Shown: piece by piece, positions 25,057-32,000 of the stretch
Layout of the letters: each line of letters opens with the position of its first letter
Position numbering within the stretch: the first letter of the stretch is position 1
The notes under the pieces: model-generated
Told to the model about the DNA's origin: nothing
What the model saw: only the letters and a program-made list of their open reading frames with translations
Databases searched by the model: none
Program-made: the position numbers and the translations under genes
Origin: Paramicrosporidium saccamoebae KSL3
Lineage: Eukaryota; Fungi; Cryptomycota
Length of the DNA stretch: 32,000 bases
Direction of reading: 5' to 3'
Assembly (NCBI GenBank): GCA_002794465.1
Contig: MTSL01000107.1
Location: 30,001-62,000 of the forward strand

Positions 25057-25986
25057 TTAGTCAAAGAGTCCCATTCCCATCTCCTCCTCAGACTCGGATT
25101 CAACCTTGGCGGGAGCAGCAGCAGCAGCGGCGGGGGCAGCGGCAGAGGAAGAAGTAGCAGCGACAGCAACAGGATTCTTCAAAGCCTCCTTAATCTTATC
25201 AACGGCCTCGAAAGAGTAGTTCTCGCAAGCCAAACCAACAGAAAGAATCTTCTTGTAGGCATTGACCATGAGATGAGGAGCAGAGGCAACGGTCGGGAAC
25301 TTGGCGGCCAAGGAGAGAGAAGCAATGTTCTTAATCGCAGCCTGGAGATGCTTGCTGAGGACATCATCGGTAATATCCAACATGGAGGGGGAGAAGAGAG
25401 AACCATCATCGTAAACCTCCACGACAGTCAAACCAAAGGTGAAGGGTGCAAGACCCAACATGTTCAGGAGAGCAGCCTCAGAGGCACCAACCTTCTTACC
25501 AGCCTTCAAGAGCAACACCTCGTTGGGGATCTCAATAGCTCCCTTCACGACCTTGGTGGAGATACCGAGGGCCTGGAAAAAGGTGGTCTTGTTGGGGTCA
25601 ATACCAGTGTTACCAGCTGGCACGTGAATGTTGCTCTGCGCAACCAGACCGACCTTGGCGGCAGCCTGGACACGGTTGGCAACCATAAGGTCACGGACAG
25701 TCTTGAGATCACCGTTGGTGAAGACCAATCCAACGTTGCCGCGGATGCACGGAACAATGGCCTCCAACTTGGGGTTCTCAGCCACGACCTCCTTCATGGC
25801 CTTGCGGACCATGGTGTTCTTTCCCATCAGTACAACAGCCTGATCGCGCAGCGAGCTGCGGATCTGGTGCATCTGGGTGGATGCGACATTGTCGACATTC
25901 ACAATGAAGATGCGGTTGTAGTCGCGGAACAAGCGACGGACCTTTTCAAAATAATCAACTTTTCTCTGGCTGTCTCCCTTTGCCAT
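25057..25986 (-). CDS. RPP0: 60S acidic ribosomal protein P0 (uL10)
   Basis: VNVDNVASTQMHQIRSSLR, VLMGKNTMVRKA, IRGNVGLVFT, PAGNTG..P.KT.FFQALGI.TK, Ala-rich hinge, C-terminal ESEEEMGMGLFD. Confidence 0.99.
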   Translation of the reverse strand: MAKGDSQRKVDYFEKVRRLFRDYNRIFIVNVDNVASTQMHQIRSSLRDQAVVLMGKNTMVRKAMKEVVAENPKLEAIVPCIRGNVGLVFTNGDLKTVRDLMVANRVQAAAKVGLVAQSNIHVPAGNTGIDPNKTTFFQALGISTKVVKGAIEIPNEVLLLKAGKKVGASEAALLNMLGLAPFTFGLTVVEVYDDGSLFSPSMLDITDDVLSKHLQAAIKNIASLSLAAKFPTVASAPHLMVNAYKKILSVGLACENYSFEAVDKIKEALKNPVAVAATSSSAAAPAAAAAAPAKVESESEEEMGMGLFD

Positions 25987-26276
25987 CTTAACTGTTTAGT
26001 GATCAAGGGGTTCTTTCGAATTTAAAGACAACCTAATAATAAGACGGATGGATGAATGCGAAACGTACCAACTCCTAGACGGAAACGATGCCGGACCCCC
26101 GGCTTCGACCGGCTCAATAAGAGACGGCAAGCCTAATGAGCCAATCCGATGTATATCGCGGCATTAGCAAGCAGGCAGGCAGTAAAGATTTCTTATTGAA
26201 ATCCACATTCGGTATTATTGTTTTCCGGATTTAGCGGGTCGGCTCACTAGGCATCAGAACATACAATATTGTTTAT

Positions 26277-26909
26277 CTACGATGCTACCCTGCTAACAAG
26301 ATTTGGCGGCGATGGTTCTGACCGAGAAGAGTTTCGTATCTTTTCCACAACATACATCAAAGCTTGTCTACTCTTATTCAAGTGTTCGCCAAACCTGCTG
26401 ACGCCCAGCCCTTCCAGCCTGGATGCCAGTCCAGTCCACCTCCCCAGTCCACAGTTGAACTTTGCATGTGTTTCGATCAAAGTCCTACAAATGATATTAG
26501 TCGTTAACGGCCATTTACCAAGAGTCATCCTCGTGGCTCCTTGAAAATGTCTGTATCTCCTCAACACTCATGAAACGACGATGAGAAAGGTTGTGCGTGC
26601 GTGTCTCCATGGTGCCACTCCTCGGATCCACAATACTCAACTCTATCACATACGCCTCCCTTGACTTTAGCAGTGACTGCAGCCATGTAGGAACACCCGA
26701 ACCTGCCGTTTTTAAGAGCAACCGTATAGAGTGCAGGCGTCCGTCTGCGTCAACGTGGCGGGAGAGGACGTCAGTGGCAAGGACATGCGAAGCGAGGGGG
26801 TTAGGGTATTTTTGAAACAGCGCCATAGTGACAGATTCCCAATGATGTCTACGGTAAATTATCAACGACCAAAGTACTCAAATTTCTGGCGATGGGAAAA
26901 TATCTTCAT
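26277..26909 (-). CDS. UPS1: PRELI/Ups1 family mitochondrial lipid-transfer protein (189 aa); exons 26909-26878, 26848-26519, 26484-26277
   Basis: MKIFSHRQKFEHHWESVTMALFQKYPNPLASHVLATDVLSR...RLLLKT...THNLSHRRFMSVEE...SRLEGLGVSRFGEHLNKSRQ. Introns of 29 nt (26877-26849) and 34 nt (26518-26485, GACTAAT branch) restore the frame. UPS1 rather than UPS2 is inferred. Confidence 0.9.
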
Positions 26910-27234
26910 CTCCGGACCAAGGTTGAGATATTAAACTAATAATATATTTATGTTAATCTTTGACACCATGGGCTAAAATTAACCAAAGCGTTGACCGTTT
27001 GATCTATAGATATGCGAAATGCATTTAGAAGCTGTGGATGGGTGAGCTTCCTTTTTATTAAAGTATATGGCTTTTTTATAGGTAGCCATTCTTAATATAA
27101 CCAAGCTGGGCCGGACTCGTCAATAATAAGTGGACGCTGTTTAACGGAAATCACCCACCTACTTGGCCCACAGACACACATATTCTATAGTTTGTTTGAT
27201 ACATCTAGTATGCATGGAGGGCAAACAAGCTGGC

Positions 27235-28212
27235 CTACTTTATAAAACTAGAAGGCTTTCTAGGGATGCCAAGATCATAATGTGCATCTTCGCAATAGAA
27301 TTGATACCAGAGCGTAATGATCGGGATGGTAGCAGCATGCCACATTGCATGTGCATCGAAAAAGTACACCTTTGGGGGAAGGTCAAAGACTTCAAAAATA
27401 CCGGCCGCCATCCCGAGCAAGCATGCCATTAATGAATAGATGGCATGAGGCCTTTTCCGTGCTGACAATAGGTGCTTCGCTGACCAAACCAAAAAGGACA
27501 TGGAGAATGTCAGTCCCGCTGTCAGAGCCACCTTCATGTTCCACGAAAAATCAAAATCAATTGCAATCATGTAGTGCACGTGCCATACATAAAACAGAAA
27601 GACCGGCACGGCAAGGTACAGCTGTCTCCGCGTAGAGTACAGATTCAAGGATCGTGTCAGTGCAAGTAGCATAGCGCAAAAGACAATAGCTATAGCGGAG
27701 AAATAATCCAAGCATTGCGTTATCCACGTATCACGGGTGTGAAAGATGGAGGACCAAAACCACCCGTTCAGGGAGATTACATAGTTCAAATAGACGAGAT
27801 GATGGAGAAACCAATTTGGAGCATTACTGCGCAGCGAAGCCATGTATATTTTGTTATAGCCGTACCAATGAGCCAATAGATTGCCAACCGACAGAAGCAC
27901 ACTGCCAAACTCCTGGATACCCCACACCCTCCGGAAGGGCCATTTCCCATAGTATTGATATACGGGCTGCTCTAGCTCCCGGTTAGCTGCCTCGGTAATC
28001 CACATGCATCGGTACCGACATTCTGACGTGCAGTCCCAGCCGAGTAGTCGAAGATGTAGCGGCTGGTCGCTCGTGAATAGCTGATTGTCGCAGTCCTCTG
28101 ACTGGAGGCATAGCTGGAGGCAGGACTGGAAGGCTTGTTGGTGATGGCCACGGAGAAGAGCTAAACAGGCTGGAAGCAATAAACTTGACACTAACAAGTA
28201 AAGAAATCTCAT
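27235..28212 (-). CDS. PER1: Per1/PGAP3 GPI lipid-remodelling phospholipase A2-like protein (CREST family)
   Basis: Signal peptide, Cys-rich luminal region (C...C...C, WDCTSECRYRCM), QYYGKWPF.R..GIQE, SSIFHTRD, LDYFSA, FE.FD.PP...DAHAMWHAATIP. Confidence 0.96.
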   Translation of the reverse strand: MRFLYLLVSSLLLPACLALLRGHHQQAFQSCLQLCLQSEDCDNQLFTSDQPLHLRLLGWDCTSECRYRCMWITEAANRELEQPVYQYYGKWPFRRVWGIQEFGSVLLSVGNLLAHWYGYNKIYMASLRSNAPNWFLHHLVYLNYVISLNGWFWSSIFHTRDTWITQCLDYFSAIAIVFCAMLLALTRSLNLYSTRRQLYLAVPVFLFYVWHVHYMIAIDFDFSWNMKVALTAGLTFSMSFLVWSAKHLLSARKRPHAIYSLMACLLGMAAGIFEVFDLPPKVYFFDAHAMWHAATIPIITLWYQFYCEDAHYDLGIPRKPSSFIK

Positions 28213-28288
28213 TGGTCGATGGTCAAATAATGCTTATTATAAAACAGCCGCTCCCATGGTAATTCAAGGCCACAGAGCAGATGAGAGT

Positions 28289-28662
28289 TCATTGATGCAA
28301 CATTCGGATATCAGTTTTAGATGGTTTAGATCTGATAGTTAAAATCACAGTTCCCACCTCAGTGTATAGCGGTTCACTGTATTTAAAGTTCACATGCCCG
28401 CGCCGGCTCGCTTTTATTTCCATAGAATCGTCATACCATGCCCCGCCCGCGGTAAAATCACACCATTCGATAACCATAAGGAGCTGCCCCTTTTCCACCT
28501 ATAATTACTTGCTGATGTCAGAGTTACAAAACTATTGTGTCGGACTTCTAGGTTCATGATGCCCGCGTTTGTGGCCCTGAGGACTTTTCCCTCCCACACG
28601 GCTCCATTGGAGATGCTCAGAAAGACTGCCAGAAGAAAGATTGCATAGGAATGCCGCAACAT
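28289..28662 (-). CDS. Orphan small secreted protein (about 114 aa); exons 28662-28528 and 28498-28289
   Basis: Signal peptide MLRHSYAIFLLAVFLSISNG. A 29-nt GTAACT...TATAG intron (28527-28499) joins track ORFs 28414-28794 and 28289-28498 in frame. Confidence 0.7.
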
Positions 28663-29005
28663 GGTCAGATTCATTAAAGACGTAATTCCCCAGACTCGTG
28701 CCGAATATTTATTTAAAAATGGGTTATTTGCAATTTTGCTAGACTTAAAACTGGTAGAATAACAGTCTTGTTCATCATGTGCAATGCTGCTCAATGTCCC
28801 GTATTGTCATAGCAACCTCCGCACAGAAGTCCTCTATTACACCCATTAAACGAGAGCTGTTTCCACTACGTGGTGGGTTCTTATGTTGTGTAGGAGCAAC
28901 CAATGCACCGTACAGCACTTCTTCTTTAAACAAGAGTTGTCCCCCTTCACATATCACTCTGCAAGTTTACTTATGAGAGACGACCAGGGGTGAAAGAGTC
29001 CCGAC

Positions 29006-32000
29006 ATGGCCTTTCGGAAGAAACCTCGGCCAACAAGTGTGCGGGGCAAGTGCCACCAACCAAAGGGCCGCCAAACGGTCACAAAGAACCGCTTCAGAGT
29101 ATGTTAAATCTTCAGATGCATCTAACTGCTGTAGTTTCGTAACTTTGGAGCCCAGATCGATGCCATCTCATTTGATACAGTACAGAGATATGGCACAGCC
29201 AGAGGAACCACACCCGGTTCGCGACTAGCCACACCCTCGGATGGAGAATCATGGTTTGCACAGTGTCTAGCAGAATGGCGGGAGCTAAACTGCACCTCGA
29301 CGTTTGCAAAATTTGTCTCAGAGGTCTGGAGTTTGTGCGGTTCGTTACCCCAACTGCTTTTTCATCGTGATGAGGTGGTAAGACTGCTGGTTGAATATAT
29401 GGCGGTCAGTGACGATGCAGCTGCTCCCTTGTCTGCACTCACTGCGTCTCTCGTCAGAGACCTTGGTGAAGAGGCTAGTCCCTTCTTTGGCAGTCTTTTT
29501 TCGGGTTTTGTAACAATGCTGGGAAGTGCTAAGAATGCCGAGTCTATCGAGGTTGTCCTGGGATCGTTATTTTATTTTGTCAAAACTCTGTCGCCAGAGG
29601 TTGATCCCGTCATAATCCTACAGCATTTGATGGATTCGATGCTGCTAAAGCTGAGGCCGCAAGTACAAGACTTTTTGGCTGAATTTGCTATTTACGTCTT
29701 GAACAAGTCGTACGACAGGGAGCTTATTTGTCTGCTTCTTGAAAGGCTCACGTCACGGGGGGACCTCTGTGCCTGCATACTTGCAGGAGTTGCGCTAAAA
29801 AGTGACGCTCGATTTGCAGAAATTATTGAGCTGGTCCAGGACAAGGATCTGCTGAGGCTCTGTATGGAAAGCATGGTTGTCCGTTCTGATGCCACAACTG
29901 CCTGTGGGAAGATTGCAAAATGTCTCAAAACTATGGGCACAAGCGTTCCCTTTATTGAAGCATTCGCTCTGATGGCTGCAAATGGACGACTTGTTTCCGA
30001 CCATGCCGCTCTGCTCGACGCTTTTGAAACATTACCACCGTCAGAAAGAGTCCAGGATGCCGTAGTTGCCACTGTCAAATTATGTAATCTCCAAGTTGTA
30101 CTTTGCCACCGCGCCTTTTTACAACGTCTGCTTTGTAACCCGCGAGGAGTTTGTCAGACCTGCCTTCATTGTCCCCACTATGTCGAGCTCATTATGGGAG
30201 TCACTGCGGCAATGGATCTTGTTGTTCAGCAAATCTTTCCAGCTGACGCCGAGCTTGGGCTATCTCTGATGAAGAAATTACTGGAACTGAACGCATCGGC
30301 AGTTTCAAAAGTGCCAGTCGATAGTCTCGAAACGCTACTCGGCCACCAGAGCCCCGAACTGACCATTGCAGTCCTGAAACTTTTAAGCAACATTCCGAGC
30401 GTGACGAAACTTGATTGGATAAATGAACAAGTTAGTCGACAGAAATCCTACTCAAACACGTCACAGTGGATAACTGTTTTGTATGAAGGACGGCGATTCA
30501 TCACTTGCGACCTCAGTGTCCTTGTTTCTAGTCTGGAAAATGTTCATGTCTTGGATATTCTGAAAGCGTCAAGTCAACTCTTTGATGAGCAGAGCCTTGT
30601 AAAGCTATTAGTGTCATCGGATGCACGACGCCGCCTTTCAGTGCTTCAGCTGCTGTCGAGGACCGCTCTAAACGAATCGGCACTATTTAGAGCCTGTCTA
30701 GCTTTGGAGAACATCCCCTGGACCTTTAACTGCGATCGTGAAAAGGGTCTACAGTTGCAAGTCATTGGTAATTTGATCAAAAAGATTCCAGCTACGACTA
30801 GTTTGGAGGTGGAAATAGTGGTGCGGTATCTATTGGGTGTTTTGCTTGCAGGCTTCCAACCACTCAAGAAGGAGCTGTATGCCACCCTGTCAATTGTCGT
30901 GGAGCAACAAGTCAAAGTTTCACATAAAGTCTGTAGCGATTTGATTCAGACGTTGCAGATTTATCAACCCACCGAAGCGCCGTCTTTGGAGCATGAGCTT
31001 GCTGACACCCCCATGTTTAGTGTTAATAGTTTTACCCCGCTGCTTGGTTTCTTTGCTCACAAACCTGCCTCTTGCGAGTTGATCGGGAAAGAAATTATTC
31101 CCTTGATTCATTACATCTTTTGTCACGGACCAGCTGTAAAAGAAACTTCAGCCTGGTTTCGGACACAGCTTCAAGGTGGACTTGCTGATCTCATAACTGC
31201 CACCAGCGGTCTGCGCTCTGTAAAATGCGATGCAGCAACACCGCTTGAAGAATTCCTGTTCCAATTCTTGGCGTTTGGTGATTCGACGATCCAGCGACGC
31301 GCCCTTGACAGTATCCTCGCTCTTGGTTTTGCTCAGGTTGGATTATATGGGGACCGTTTGAGGAGGCTCCTCGATGACGTTGAGATGCGCGACGAACTAG
31401 TTCTGTTGGCCACTGAAAAACCCGACGACCATGTTTGGAATAGTCTTGCGGGCCTGCTGAACCGAATTTTGTATGGGAGGATTATCTCCAAGAAAGGCAC
31501 TGCGGCTGGACGGAATTCCATGAGCAGTCGAAGGAAGCTGATTCTTAATTACATTGCATGCTGGGATGTCGTCTCGCTGGACAAGTTTGTACTATTCATT
31601 GGGGAGCAATCTGAGCTAAACTTGTTGAACTCGCAAACCCCATCCGAGGTTCAACTGGACAAATGGATTGGTTTCCTAAATCTCTTACAGACGATACTAT
31701 TAAAGGTTGGCAAAAAAGTTAGCCAGTCCACAGTGGATACTATTATGAGTTGGTTCCAGGCCCTGCATGCTGTTGCTGAAGAGGTAGAGGAGAAACATCA
31801 GGAAATGGAAAAGCACCCAGAGACAGAGAGACACCGAAAGATGGAAAAGTTTAAGAAAATTCATCGTCTCACGTTGAAGCGACTGAGAGACGTGTTCATG
31901 ATCGCTTCTGTCGGAATAGACTTGGAAAAATGGTTTGCCACCTCTTGGCAAATGGTTGCCACTCGAGTCTCCAACTTGGAACGCGAGTTTGTCCAAGAAT
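29006..32000 (+). CDS. UTP20: U3 snoRNP / SSU processome HEAT protein UTP20, 5' part, running off the window end; exons 29006-29098 and 29135->32000
   Basis: KNRFR|FRNFGAQIDAI, SWFAQCLAEWRELNCTSTF..FV.EV..LCGSLPQLLFHRDEV, later GDRLRRLLDDVEMRDEL and WIGFLNLL. 36-nt intron GTATGT...CTAAC...TGTAG (29099-29134). I read the frame open to the window end; it is absent from the track because it has no stop in the window. Confidence 0.9.

Noticed and set aside
25015-26025. 336-aa plus-strand ORF antisense to RPP0
   Set aside because: Shadow ORF: exactly overlaps a strongly codon-biased gene, starts at GTG and shows no recognisable motifs. Biased codon use suppresses antisense stops.
7406-28212. Apparent lipid-pathway clustering (TAZ1 with UPS1 for cardiolipin; RFT1 with PER1 for glycolipid/GPI)
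   Set aside because: The genes are 18-19 kb apart with unrelated genes between them; chance in a gene-dense genome is sufficient without synteny data.
28775-28976. 60-65 aa ORFs on both strands between the orphan secreted gene and UTP20
   Set aside because: No motif, no good ATG or splice support; the region is better explained as a divergent promoter.

Overview
Gene-dense eukaryotic nuclear DNA. It has very short spacers and tiny spliceosomal introns (7 inferred, 26-36 nt, all GTA...TAG) and retains mitochondrial-biogenesis genes. This fits an early-diverging fungal relative such as a Rozellomycota / Paramicrosporidium-like organism (inference, not a database match). The left part (1-13.4 kb) holds housekeeping genes: two tandem Maf paralogs, VMA12, a HAC1/XBP1-like bZIP with two overlapping 3' reading frames, Hsp20-GET3-Hsp20, mitochondrial RsfS/MALSU1, tafazzin, RFT1, and a TARBP1/Trm3-like gene that stops before its methyltransferase domain. 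The middle (13.7-24.6 kb) is an uninterrupted island of seven intronless signal-peptide genes. Four are paralogs of an orphan family whose C-terminal part resembles a truncated HECT N-lobe (two soluble, two with hydrophobic tails); the others are an intact/catalytically dead pair of EEP-fold phosphoesterases and a small GPI-type Ser/Thr-rich protein. The right part holds RPLP0, UPS1/PRELI, PER1, an orphan secreted protein and the 5' part of UTP20. Many spacers carry their own minisatellite, and several overlap stop codons. No tRNA, rRNA, CRISPR array or transposase was found. All family assignments are by motif recognition from memory; no searches were run.
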